From: Kudoa neothunni
Lineage: Eukaryota > Animalia > Cnidaria
Assembly: GCA_964304625.1 (NCBI GenBank)
Contig: OZ199840.1
Coordinates: 8,005,744 to 8,069,743, forward strand
Direction of reading: 5' to 3'
DNA: 64,000 nt
In this document: piece by piece, positions 29,255 through 42,800 of the stretch
Layout: every line of letters starts with the position of its first letter
Numbering within the stretch: position 1 is the first letter of the stretch
Position numbers and translations under genes: made by a program
Notes under the pieces: generated by a model
Seen by the model: only the letters and a program-made list of their open reading frames with translations
The model's database searches: none
What the model was told of the DNA's origin: nothing

Positions 29255-29660
29255 TTAAAATATTTATATGTATGATTGGATTATACATTAAAACAAGACG
29301 GATCCCGTGGGAAGTCCAATGAACACATTAGGGGTTTGCAAGAAAGTAAGGTTAACAACCACTGCTGCAAAATGTGAAATTTTCGCGAAGCAGTTGATTA
29401 GAAGAAATAATAATAATACGTGTTTAGCGTGGCATCCAACAAATAATTTAATATATAACGTGAGATGCTGTGAACCAACAATACCTTTAACTCTTAAAAA
29501 ATGTACCAACTTGTTAACTGGGGGATATGAAGCAGACCGGAAATGTTTTAAATGACTAAAATCATTAGGAAACGCGTTTAAAAATAAAAATTTTTGTTTC
29601 TATAATAATATTATTGTCTCTTTTGCGATCTTGGGGTTTTTCCGATAATCTCATTGGACG

Positions 29661-29909
29661 CTAGGGTTAAGGTGGTTCGGCTTCGGTTATTTTTAAGACG
29701 GTTTCCGGTTTTGTACATAATTTTTTCAATAATCATTTTTAATTCTAATTCACATTTACATATTTTTTGTAAAAATGTGATAGGTTGAAAACCTATTTTA
29801 GTCGTCCTTTGTTTAAAATATTGTGTAAATTGATAATAGATGCTAGCTTTTATTAATCAACAATTAGATTTTTAAATTCGGTTAGAAACCAAACCGATCT
29901 TAACCCCTA
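29661..29909. mobile_element. Probable MITE with TAGGG...CCCTA ends
   Basis: Imperfect inverted ends tagggttaaggtggttcgg / ccaaaccgatcttaaccccta with internal ttcggtt repeats; no clear TSD. Confidence 0.4.
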
Positions 29910-30102
29910 ATGAACTATTGACCTATTGAACTATTGAACAGCCTGGTTGCAATGTTTAGTACGCATTTTTGGCGATCCAGAGGGGATTACATACTATCTT
30001 CTACCTACTGTAAAGTTTGTTTATTTTTATTTTATCATTAATATTTCTCAGAGATCGAGTCATTTTCGGTTTTTATTGTAAAGCATTTTGAAGATTGATT
30101 AA

Positions 30103-30263
30103 TCCTTTTACATCGATATTTTTTCGATGGATGGAAAAAAAATATTTGATAACATGACATTTTTAAAGTGAAATAAATCACGTATAACATTTTGAAGTTT
30201 AATAATGGTAAAATAAAAAAGTTTCATGCATGAAGCCATATGGCATCATTCGGCGTGAAAGGG
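30103..30263. mobile_element. piggyBac-type MITE
   Basis: TTAA flanks; imperfect TIR tccttttacatcga / tcggcgtgaaaggg. Confidence 0.55.
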
Positions 30264-30674
30264 TTAAACGGATTAAAATCAACAATTTAAGTTGCGCAAT
30301 AGCGAGAACATCAATTACCCCAATTTTTTACACCTTATATAAAATTAGGCAATCAAAAATTGATTTCTGACTTCACATAATATGCTTTATCATATCAAAA
30401 TAAAATTATCAAACATGCTAAAATATAACGAATTGCACAGTACTGACAATTGACTGTAATACATTAAAAATTATTTCGAAAAAATCATTAAAAATTAAAA
30501 CAAAACTAATAATTTTATCGAAGAATCAAAATTTTATACGGAATTAGAACCAACTCGGACTTAATCACTCATTTATAAACAAGAAGACATGGTTAAACTT
30601 AGACTCACTCAGAAAAGCCGCCAGTTTCAATTCAATCAAATTTACAAAAATCATATTTTATATCTCGTTATTAT

Positions 30675-30930
30675 TTACAGTAAAAGTTTATTTTGGAAAA
30701 TTTCGTAAACCATTTTTTGCCGGAAATATGGCATATTTTCTTGGTTGAAATCAAAAGCGGCTTCCCTTGCAATGTATTCGCCGAACTAAAAAGTTACTTT
30801 TTTCAAACAACACCATAAAACATCTGTATCGAGCCATAAAAATTAATCCTCCCTCTCTTTGCGGAGGCGCTTATGATAAAATCCATTCATTTATTTTGAT
30901 TTTTAAAAATTTCAAATTATTTTATCGAAA

Positions 30931-30970
<40 letters not shown>

Positions 30971-33091
30971 CCCAAAGTGCACCGCACAATTATACAACGG
31001 AGTAAATATTTGTATGGCTCATTAAACACATTGAAAAAAACATACTGTGCATGCAAAAACACCACAATCACTTCCATTGTGTTGTTTTGGAATATTGCGA
31101 GGACAATCAAACAACCATCCTTCAAAGTTTATGGGTTTATTGTATTTGGCATTGTGTTCTTCCATTAGATACTCTCTATATTCAATTAATTGTTTGATAC
31201 AATACGAAGAGTATTATCACTTTATTTTCTCTACACAATCGTAATTAGGAGACAACAACGAGTCATAATAGTTGATTGTGTGTTTCACATTGTCTACCAC
31301 ACACATACACCAATGTACAGCCAAATGGATAGGGAAAAGAATGAATTGTTTTTCAAAAATATTAATCTGATTATTAATAATTACCAGTGAATAGAAAATA
31401 TCAATAATTTGATAATTACCTTTTTAGTCCACCTCCTAACACCATTATAGCCAGACCGAGAAAGTTTCTCATAGAAAAATGTATTAAATGAATGCACTAA
31501 TGGATATATAGTAGTGTTGTTGTTGGAACGTTTATTGATTAGGTCCAAATAGAAATTGATCACCTATCAGAATTGTTTGTTTTTATAAATATTAGTTGTT
31601 ATCCGCGCAAACAACAATAAATTATTACTTCATCATTTAGCCAATTCAAATCCAGTAGTGTTTTCAAATCTTTACAACTGATATTATCATTAGGAAGTTT
31701 TATGTCAAATCCATTGACCGAATTATTTTTCACACACTCATAATACTAATTAATGTTAAGTGGAATAAAAATGTAATAAATAAAAAATGATTATTCAATA
31801 CCTTTCGTAATAAATCTTGATCCAGTTTAGGAAACAATTCTTTTTGAGGTAGTTCAAACAGATGATCAATTGATAACAACTCATATTGAGTTTTTAATTG
31901 GCGCCTCTTTTCCTGGTGTTCTTTTATTTGTTGAATGATATAATCTTTTTCTTTTTTATGATAATCATTAGAAGTTAATGCATTCAATGCGGTTATTTTC
32001 ATATTAAAATAATTGCTGGAAAAATCAAAAGCATTCAAAATGGCGGATTCATTAACGAATTTATTCTCTCTGTGAACACCATTCCCCCCAAAAGCAGCTG
32101 ATTTAAGTGTAGATGGAGATTTGAGTAGATCTGTTTTATTATCATTCAGATTCAGATTCAAATTCAAATTCAAATTCGGATTCAGATTCATATTCATATT
32201 CTGATAGGGGATTGTCATATGTGGTGTGATTGGATCGCCGACATTTTCGAAAAGTGAGTCAATTGAAGCTTTTCCAAGATCAATTTCTCTACCCATAGTC
32301 GGCACACTAGCAGCATTGTACTGCCTTGGATTCAGTGTGTTTGAGGATTTTAACAAAAAAGAATTCGCGCCCCAATGACAATGATTTCGGAATGGCTTTT
32401 TCTAATAAAACCAAATTTATCGTACACTTTCACAGTTCCAATCTACACATACCATATTGTTTGTATCGATGGGAGTGTACAGATTTAACCTCCTTTGAAC
32501 ATTGATAGCCATATTGGATGCCGATCGATTCGATAACCAATTCACCTCTTTCATATTTCGCTTGGTTAACTGCACTGGTGATATCACATGCTCGAATGGA
32601 TGGGTGTCCGTGGCATTGATATCTCTGATTTTGTATGAAGGTGATCTAATCGTCAACGAATAATCCATAGGTTTGATACCCTACTTGGAATCAATTAATT
32701 CAAACACAAATATTACCTACTTCAGGGTATTGAGTATTGTCATTATTACTGATACCCAATGTAAACAATGGGTCCATTTCATTATTGGGGCTTAGCTTGG
32801 ATAAATAATTGTCAGAATGATGTCTATCGGTCCCAACAAACCATCGTCTAACACTTCGAAAAGATTCTTTGATGTAGTCGATAAATTTTGATTTTTTAGT
32901 AATAAACGTTCTATCGCTCTTTTCCGCTAATGTATAAAGTTAAAAATTGAAAATAACCAAAAATTAAAATACCTTGTGATTGACAATCGCCGTCCGATTG
33001 AAATTCGTTTTGGCATGAAGCTTCACAATTTTTGACCATTGCAGTGCTCGCATTGTGATTTATTTTGTACCATTTCATATGTTCTTTTCAT
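30675..33091 (-). CDS. Sentrin/SUMO-specific protease (SENP1/2, Ulp1 family, peptidase C48), multi-exon; start codon uncertain
   Basis: LNWLNDE-VINFYLDLI, HSFNTFFYEKL..SGYNGVRRWTKK, catalytic PIHLAVHW (His), YYDSL (Asp), IPKQHNGSDCGVFAC (Gln/Cys), last exon FGEYIAREAAFDFNQENMPYFRQKMVYEI. Confidence 0.92.
32140..32200. repeat. Coding hexamer microsatellite giving an (NL)n/NM tract in the SENP N-terminus
   Basis: ttcaga/ttcaaa/ttcata tandem units; translation NMNMNLNPNLNLNLNLNLN. Confidence 0.8.
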
Positions 33092-34996
33092 TATAAAGCG
33101 AAAAATCTGGCGCAACCCATACAGATACAGTAAATAAGCGTAAAACTGAGATCGATGGATGTCAGCGCATCATTATAGTCGATTTGTACTCGATTTTTTA
33201 ACGTTGTGAGACTTTCGAACTACTAATTCTGGCATCCATCCATCCATCCATCCATCTATTTATTTAATATAATTGAATATAAATTAGACAACTAATATTG
33301 GTGATACGATTTTTTGTGATGTAGTTTATTAAATTATCTTGTTAATCATGTTCTTTTTGATATCTAGGTGAAATTTCAAGGTGTTTTAATTGTTTCTAAT
33401 ATTTTTCGATTCAAATATAGAGATAGTTAATATAATATGGTATGAATTTGATAATTGCTTTTTGTGGGGGGGGGGGGGGGGGAACAAAATATTGTTATTG
33501 TTCGTGATTTTAGTATAACTAAAAGGAATAGATATTTATGCAGTAGTTAAAATAATAACCAATGGTGCAATATTGAGGTAATATTGGGGTAATGGTATAT
33601 TGCAGTGGTGCACAAACTTTTGATGCCTGGGATAAAGTTTTAATCTTCGAAAACTTCCAGAGGACAGAAAATCTAAAACTAAAGTTATAGCTCTCATTTT
33701 GGATAAATTTATTAATTTCGGAACACAATATTCAAAATAATTCATAAATGATAAGTTTACTAAAGGTTTTTAATTGAATAACCAATGACATTGCAAACAA
33801 ATAATATTCGTCCCCTGTTGAATAATACAATATTTTTCTGTCTAGGCATCATTAAATTTTCGATTTTAATAATAAACTTTTTTCTCAAATGCCAATCATT
33901 TTAGCTTGAAAATACAATAAAAATAACCTGAGTTAAATAAGAGATTACCTTGGGTGAGCAAAATGGTTGTATGCCCATATGTGATGTGAAGTGCGGTTCT
34001 AATTTCCCATTAATATGTGCTCATTATTAGCTCTAACGGATGTTTATCCTTTGTGTCAAAGTTTATTTTACGTTTTTATTTATTTTTCCTACTGAAACTT
34101 TTCGAAAAATTTGATTTTTTAGAACAATATAAATGCCTTATTGTTTCGCATCGTTTATAAAACTTACTTTAATTATTAATCTTATTTTTAACTGAAATTA
34201 AACTTCGGGACAGAAATGTCAAACGAATTTTTAGACCATAGATCCACCCAGTACCAGTATGATTTTCGCTTCCACCATACACACTTAAGAAGAAATAATT
34301 AAAATTTATACATGGACTTTGCTTAAAATCCGTTTTTTTATATCACGCGGTGAAGTGGTTAATAGCAATAAATCTTTTTATCTATTTAGAGAGTTTTTTC
34401 GATGTATTGTTCTTAATTTCCCGCATATAATAAAAAACTCTAATAAAGTTGATTACTAGCTTCATTGGATGTTCTCGATATAATTCACTATCGAGAAAAA
34501 CCAATCAAAGTTAAATAATCGAATACTTTTTTTCATTAAATTTAAAAGTCTACCGTTAATCTGAACTTTATCAGGGCTCATCGCAGGCCCGGGTTTGTGC
34601 ACCCCCTGGCATAGTGTTTAGCTCCAAAAATAAAGCCTGTTGCGAAATTCTAATCTTCCCGATTTTATTTAAAAATGAATTTTTGTGATTTAAAATATGG
34701 CCCAACCATAAATCAGTCGCAAATTACAATTATGAAATGTTTGCACTAATCTTCGTTCGGCTCATATCAAGACACGCGCACTAGAATGCCGCATGCAACC
34801 TTGATGTAATTTTCTTCTTGTAATTTATTTAATAATGACTTTTTAACTTAAGTTTCATTAGATTAGTATTTTCTCGTGATATTTTTACCTCGTCGTAGTA
34901 GGGTTTGATAGGAATCAGCATAATTATGTACGGAGAATATATAAAATCAATTAGCACTTTTATTGTTTTCTAATGTTTATCTAAATTTATAATTTT

Positions 34997-35820
34997 GGCT
35001 GAAATTTGATATAAACCCCCCCTATTTTCGAATAAAAAAACACATTATATAAGCAGTACATGTACAAGAAAAACTAAACTAATTCGGTTTGATAACTAAC
35101 ATTATGCAACGAAACTATAAATCCGGCCCACAAATCTTTTATGTGTTTCCATCTCCATTGGAATTCGCCAGGGAACTCACTGATATCATCGATACTGACT
35201 GTTCCGTACTCATTTATTGACGATGTCCTATTTCTAGTCGAGATTTTGTACTTGATTGCACCCCATGACCCTTCAATTGTGTTGGGGTGGACGCCTGTCT
35301 CATTATCTATGTATTCTATGCCGTGATTGACAGTGAGATGGTGGTAAAAATTATGAAGTTTTCCATAACTTTTGAAACAATCAGTGATGATCGTCGATGC
35401 CGTTTTCACGTAAGTTTTTATGATATTTATTAGAGTCTCAGCATTTCTATCTGGAACCTCCAACATAAACATTTTTCTCTCTGGCGTCCTCCCTACACCT
35501 CCAAGAACCCACGCACCATTAACACCATGACCTCGATTATGCTTCTCCTTCCCAAACTTTGACTCGTCTATTTCCACAATTACTCACTCTCACCAATTAT
35601 GATGTCTTCGAGACCCAAACTGTCAGCCATCATTTGTCTAAGATAGTAACAGTAATTGTGATCAGATTGATAGATTTTACGCCAACCAACAAATAATAAG
35701 CCAATTCCAATAAAACATTAATTTGTAGTTTCATGTTGTTAAAAAAAGTTGATTCAAACATTGAAATTTCTTTTCTACAGTTTCTTAAGCGGCATCGCCA
35801 GTTTTTCGATATACGATACG
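34997..35820 (-). mobile_element. Merlin (ISXO2/IS1595-like) transposase pseudogene, 3' part
   Basis: WRCRLRNCRKEISMFESTFF, then a frameshift, then IIIGESEVIVEIDESKFGKEKHNRGHGVNGAWVLGG, VPDRNAETL, IITDCFKSY, HLTVNH, TGVHPNTIEGSW. Confidence 0.88.
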
Positions 35821-36727
35821 CATTGCCCAAAATGGAACAAGCAAAAATATATATTGGATTTTGATGCTTTTTTAAAAGCATTAAAAGAACCAACCTCAAA
35901 GTCGAGTACTATATTTTCGGGGAATCCCATTAATTCCCAATTTTTGATAATTTGAAGGACCTTTTCGTATGTTTGCTCATATTTATTTGGCATCAAAACA
36001 TATATTAGAGGAAAAACTATTTCAAACATTTTACCATGAATGGTGCAAAATTGGTAAAATTCTCTTGGTGCAACTTGAAAGGTTCCATTAGCAATCCAAC
36101 AATGATAATTTTTCAGATGGGCCAAATTATTGTTTGCTCCGAAAATAATTATTCTATTTGCGCCAGAAGATCCTGTATCGTAAATGCAAAAATTGTCGTT
36201 TCGCAATGTCGTTAGGGAACCACAAAGGTTTGTTTCAGGATTTATTTGAATATTTATCCTTTTCCGTATGTTTTGGATATTTATATAAATATGGAATTTT
36301 TTCACCACAGACAAGTCGTTGATATTTTGACTATTAGAAACAATACTATACACTTTACTGGTGCAGTAAGATGTACTCTCAGTCAATTTTCGTATTTTGT
36401 CCTGAAAAAATATCATATTTTTTTCATCGTCTGATATATTATGATTATGAAAGTTAATTTTTTCAATATTCCGAATTTCCGAAGAATCAGTTCTTAATCT
36501 CCCGCGGCACATCCTATTTTGACATTTCCAATATTGATATGTATTCGTAGAATAGTCCTTCGTGTAAAAATAATCTTCAAACAGCAGAAAATCATTATTT
36601 CTTTTTGTTTTTAACATAGTATAGTTTTTTTTCTCGTTGCCGCTCATTTTTTAAAGATTTTTCCGAACTCGCGCATCTCATGCATGCGCGAACGAAAATT
36701 CGTTTCAGGCGAATTTTCCTCGTACCA
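35821..36727 (-). mobile_element. MULE (Mutator-like) transposase, 5' part with FLYWCH domain
   Basis: ORF 36647-35775: FLYWCH pattern YFY..YWKC..CRGRL..HNH; WIANGTF (expected first catalytic Asp appears as Asn); FPLIYVLMPNK; IVLDFE; CLFHFGQ; truncated where it joins the Merlin sequence. Confidence 0.85.
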
Positions 36728-36862
36728 CATGAAAATAAATTGATAAACTAAATAAATATATATATATATATGTTTATTCAAATTTTCATGAGATATATTT
36801 AAAATTAAACAATTTTTTTCTAATTCTTAGTTAACCAGTTGCATACAACAACCATCGAAAAT

Positions 36863-39800
36863 TTAATTGCAACTGCGTGTGAATACTCCTTTCATTGGAT
36901 TGCCGCGTTTCTCATATACTTTGTGTTGTGTATACATAAATGAACTACTAGGTGAATGATACGTGGTAAATAATGGTTATATGGACAATATTTAAATGAA
37001 CCAAGTTTAATAGGAAAATAATAATTTAAAACGTAATATACAATGGCCTAAATTCAAATGAGAGGGAGTATATTAAACATTAATACAGACTGTGATGTTT
37101 GAGGATTTTAGAAAATTAAATTTTTTTAATTAATGATTAGAATTATAAAAATAGTATAATTATGAGTTTTTAAATCTTTTCTTACAAAATAGTAACAATT
37201 ATGATTCCAATTAAAAGGGTTATTAACAATGAACCCACGAATGTAGTTGCTATCATTCCTTCTCTATATTTATCATAATTTGATGATGTTGGTTTCCTAA
37301 ATGTAATATTTAATTCGGCGAGGGAACATAATTAATTTACAAGCAAAATAATTGGTCTAGAACCCACACAGGCTCTTCGGTATTATTGCATTCATTTAAT
37401 GTCATATTGTAAGACACACAATACGTACCGTTACCAACAAAGTTTGGAGCGCATTCGCAAATATATTTACCAAATGTATTGATGCAGATCGCATTATCAT
37501 CACAAACATTTTCCACTTCACATTCGTTAACATCTAGTCGTTAAAATGAGAAATGATTTTTAGCGAAAGATTACCTTTCATATCTGAGCCATTCGAAATC
37601 ATAATAGTTATGTTCGATCCAAATGAGAAATTTCCAAGCGTAGTTAAATTATAGTTGTCTAACAACGAGATCCAACTAGACGACATATACTCAAACAAAT
37701 CATGAAGTTTGTATTCCACATATAGCACGTCAGGACTATATTATTTATAAAATTGGATTGATAAGAGGGACTTAGTTAACGTACCTTTTAAAAGTGAGAT
37801 TGTATTCTATTATCGGGTGAAATTCATCAATTATTGGGTCCATCTAAATTCAATTAAATATGGTTTCATATGATCAGGTTACCATTGATTTGACTTCTGT
37901 TAATAATGTCTGGATATCAACATCTAAATCAAGAATTACAATTTTCAGCAAGTATCACAAATGTACCAGTAGCATTTATGGGGCTAGTAATATTGATGGC
38001 CGAACTCAACAACTCAACGTCAAATTCTTGGTATAAACGATTGAAATCTTAACAAAGTGTCTATTTAAAGCATTGATTTAACAAATAATTACAGATGCAT
38101 CCAGCGTAAGATTCTTGCATATTTGGAGAAATAAGGCAGTAACATCCTATTGTATTATTAATAGTACTATAAGGAATAGACATATTTTGAATGCATATTT
38201 GAGAATCTAAAACATGTTACATTGAATCCTTATCCTTATATAGAATTTCGTACCTGAAGATCCAACAAGTGTAGTAATATTGAGGGGGAAACTTTTTGAT
38301 TCACTAATTAACTTCTTTGCTATAAAATTGTCAGTGATCATTGGGACATAATTATTCAGATCGACAAATATGGTTAAATTCAATATTGTAGATCCACCCC
38401 TATTATGGTTAAAGAGTGTAATAAAACAAAATGAAATACTTTATATCTGATATATAAGAGCAGAGAGATCCAAGCGGTTGTCCAAGGATGTTTAGAACCT
38501 ATATGAAAATTAGATACATAATTTCCAGGATTTATTAATTTATAAAATTTATTATATTCATAGAATATTGATATTGGTAAATGTAAGGATATAAAAAATT
38601 ACGTAATCATTGACTTTCGAAATAAAATCAACAGTCATTGGATCAGACATGTTCAAAAATTGACTAAAAAATGGATTATCCGTTGATATAATATATTCCA
38701 TTGGAGCATATTCTATGAAAAATAAATGTAATTTAATGTTTAAAAGTTTACTTATTTGAGAACAGTCAGAATCAGATATCATGGAGTTACAAGAGCACAA
38801 TCCCGTGTTTGTGCTACAGGCAGGATTTGGAGGACATTCTAAAGCAACTTATAAAAAGTATTAATGACATTTTTACCGATTAATGAGGATGATGACACTA
38901 CCACGCTTGATGATGAACTAATGGAAGAAGACGAGAAAACAGCCGAAGATGATTGTACAGTAATAGATGAACTGATTTGTGTTGAGGAGGAAACAACTGT
39001 TGATGAACTAGCTGTTGACGAACTGATTGGGGTAGATGATGAGCTAACAGTTGATGAAGAAATTGCTGTTGATGAACTGACTGGAGTTGATGATGAAATT
39101 GCTGTTGATGAGCTAACTGGAGTTGATGATGAACTAACAGTTGAAGAGCTGATTGGTGTTGATGATGAACTAACAGTTGATGAACTGATTGGTGTCGATG
39201 AACTTATTGGTGTAGATGATGAACTAGCAGTTGATGAAGAAATTGGTGTTGATGAGCTAACTGGAGTTGATGATGAACTAACAGTTGATGAAGAAATTGG
39301 TGTTGATGAACTGATTGGTGTTGAGGATGAAATCGCTGTCGATGAACTTATTGGTGTTGATGAAGAAATTGCTGTCGATGAACTGACTGGAGTTGATGAT
39401 GAAATCGCTGTCGATGAACTTATTGGTGTTGATGAAGAAATTGCTGTCGATGAACTGACTGGAGTTGAGGATGAACTAACAGTTGAAGAGCTGATTGGTG
39501 TTGATGATGAACTAGCAGTTGATGAAGAAATTGGTGTTGAGGATGAACTAGCTGTCGATGAACTTATTGGTGTAGATGATGAACTAGCAGTTGATGAAGA
39601 AATTGCTGTTGATGAGCTAACTGGAGTTGAGGATGAACTAACAGTTGATGAACTGACTGGAGTTGAGGATGAACTAACAGTTGATGAACTGATTGGTGTT
39701 GATGATGAACTAGCAGTTGATGAACTTATTGGTGTTGATGAAGAAATTGCTGTCGATGAACCGACTGGAGTTGATGATGAACTAACAGTTGATGAACTGA

Positions 39801-42800
39801 TTGGTGTCGATGAACTTATTGGTGTAGATGATGAACTAGCAGTTGATGAAGAAATTGGTGTTGATGAGCTAACTGGAGTTGATGATGAACTAGCAGTTGA
39901 AGAGCTGATTGGTGTTGATGATGAACTAACAGTTGATGAACTGATTGGTGTCGATGAACTTATTGGTGTAGATGATGAACTAGCAGTTGATGAAGAAATT
40001 GGTGTTGATGAACTGACTGGAGTTGATGATGAAATTGCTGTTGATGAGCTAACTGGAGTTGAGGATGAACTAACAGTTGATGAACTGATTGGAGTTGAGG
40101 ATGAACTAACAGTTGATGAACTGATTGGTGTTGATGATGAACTAACAGTTGATGAAGAAATTGGTGTTGATGAACTGACTGGAGTTGATGATGAAATTGC
40201 TGTTGATGAGCTAACTGGAGTTGAGGATGAACTAACAGTTGATGAACTGATTGGAGTTGAGGATGAACTAACAGTTGATGAACTGATTGGTGTCGATGAA
40301 CTTATTGGTGTAGATGATGAACTAGCAGTTGATGAAGAAATTGGTGTTGATGAGCTAACTGGAGTTGATGATGAACTAACAGTTGATGAAGAAATTGGTG
40401 TTGATGAACTGATTGGTGTTGAGGATGAAATCGCTGTCGATGAACTTATTGGTGTTGATGAAGAAATTGCTGTCGATGAACTGACTGGAGTTGATGATGA
40501 AATCGCTGTCGATGAACTTATTGGTGTTGATGAAGAAATTGCTGTCGATGAACTGACTGGAGTTGAGGATGAACTAACAGTTGAAGAGCTGATTGGTGTT
40601 GATGATGAACTAGCAGTTGATGAAGAAATTGGTGTTGAGGATGAACTAGCTGTCGATGAACTTATTGGTGTAGATGATGAACTAGCAGTTGAAGAGCTGA
40701 TTGGTGTTGATGATGAACTAACAGTTGATGAACTGATTGGTGTCGATGAACTTATTGGTGTAGATGATGAACTAGCAGTTGATGAAGAAATTGGTGTTGA
40801 TGAACTGACTGGAGTTGATGAAGAAATTGCTGTTGATGAGCTAACTGGAGTTGAGGATGAACTAACAGTTGATGAACTGATTGGTGTTGATGATGAACTA
40901 ACAGTTGATGAAGAAATTGGTGTTGATGAACTGACTGGAGTTGATGATGAAATTGCTGTTGATGAGCTAACTGGAGTTGAGGATGAACTAACAGTTGATG
41001 AACTGATTGGAGTTGAGGATGAACTAACAGTTGATGAACTGATTGGTGTCGATGAACTTATTGGTGTAGATGATGAACTAGCAGTTGATGAAGAAATTGG
41101 TGTTGATGAGCTAACTGGAGTTGATGATGAACTAACAGTTGATGAAGAAATTGGTGTTGATGAACTGATTGGTGTTGAGGATGAAATCGCTGTCGATGAA
41201 CTTATTGGTGTTGATGAAGAAATTGCTGTCGATGAACTGACTGGAGTTGATGATGAAATCGCTGTCGATGAACTTATTGGTGTTGATGAAGAAATTGCTG
41301 TCGATGAACTGACTGGAGTTGAGGATGAACTAACAGTTGAAGAGCTGATTGGTGTTGATGATGAACTAGCAGTTGATGAAGAAATTGGTGTTGAGGATGA
41401 ACTAGCTGTCGATGAACTTATTGGTGTAGATGATGAACTAGCAGTTGATGAAGAAATTGCTGTTGATGAGCTAACTGGAGTTGAGGATGAACTAACAGTT
41501 GATGAACTGACTGGAGTTGAGGATGAACTAACAGTTGATGAACTGATTGGTGTTGATGATGAACTAGCAGTTGATGAACTTATTGGTGTTGATGAAGAAA
41601 TTGCTGTCGATGAACCGACTGGAGTTGATGATGAACTAACAGTTGATGAACTGATTGGTGTCGATGAACTTATTGGTGTAGATGATGAACTAGCAGTTGA
41701 TGAAGAAATTGGTGTTGATGAGCTAACTGGAGTTGATGATGAACTAGCAGTTGAAGAGCTGATTGGTGTTGATGATGAACTAACAGTTGATGAACTGATT
41801 GGTGTCGATGAACTTATTGGTGTAGATGATGAACTAGCAGTTGATGAAGAAATTGGTGTTGATGAACTGACTGGAGTTGATGATGAAATTGCTGTTGATG
41901 AGCTAACTGGAGTTGAGGATGAACTAACAGTTGATGAACTGATTGGAGTTGAGGATGAACTAACAGTTGATGAACTGATTGGTGTTGATGATGAACTAAC
42001 AGTTGATGAAGAAATTGGTGTTGATGAACTGACTGGAGTTGATGATGAAATTGCTGTTGATGAGCTAACTGGAGTTGAGGATGAACTAACAGTTGATGAA
42101 CTGATTGGAGTTGAGGATGAACTAACAGTTGATGAACTGATTGGTGTCGATGAACTTATTGGTGTAGATGATGAACTAGCAGTTGATGAAGAAATTGGTG
42201 TTGATGAGCTAACTGGAGTTGATGATGAACTAACAGTTGATGAAGAAATTGGTGTTGATGAACTGATTGGTGTTGAGGATGAAATCGCTGTCGATGAACT
42301 TATTGGTGTTGATGAAGAAATTGCTGTCGATGAACTGACTGGAGTTGATGATGAAATCGCTGTCGATGAACTTATTGGTGTTGATGAAGAAATTGCTGTC
42401 GATGAACTGACTGGAGTTGAGGATGAACTAACAGTTGATGAACTGATTGGAGTTGAGGATGAAATCGCTGTCGATGAACTTATTAGTGTTGATGATGAAC
42501 TAACAGTTGAAGAGCTGATTGGTGTTGATGATGAACTAACAGTTGATGAACTGATTGGTGTCGATGAACTTATTGGTGTAGATGATGAACTAGCAGTTGA
42601 TGAAGAAATTGGTGTTGATGAACTGACTGGAGTTGATGATGAAATTGCTGTTGATGAGCTAACTGGAGTTGATGATGAACTAACAGTTGAAGAGCTGATT
42701 GGTGTTGATGATGAACTAACAGTTGATGAACTGATTGGTGTCGATGAACTTATTGGTGTAGATGATGAACTAGCAGTTGATGAAGAAATTGGTGTTGATG

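Noticed and set aside
23736-33091. Functional SUMO-pathway cluster of HEI10 and SENP
   Set aside because: Separated by PTPA and several kb of TEs; no evidence beyond proximity
8972-33091. Alternative genetic code or pseudogenisation to explain the fragmented ORFs
   Set aside because: The interruptions examined are resolved by short GT-AG introns under the standard code
33520-34300. Possible further Merlin or hAT remnants; also a Tigger-like trace at ~51560-52250
   Set aside because: Only faint motif echoes and no definable ends; too weak to annotate
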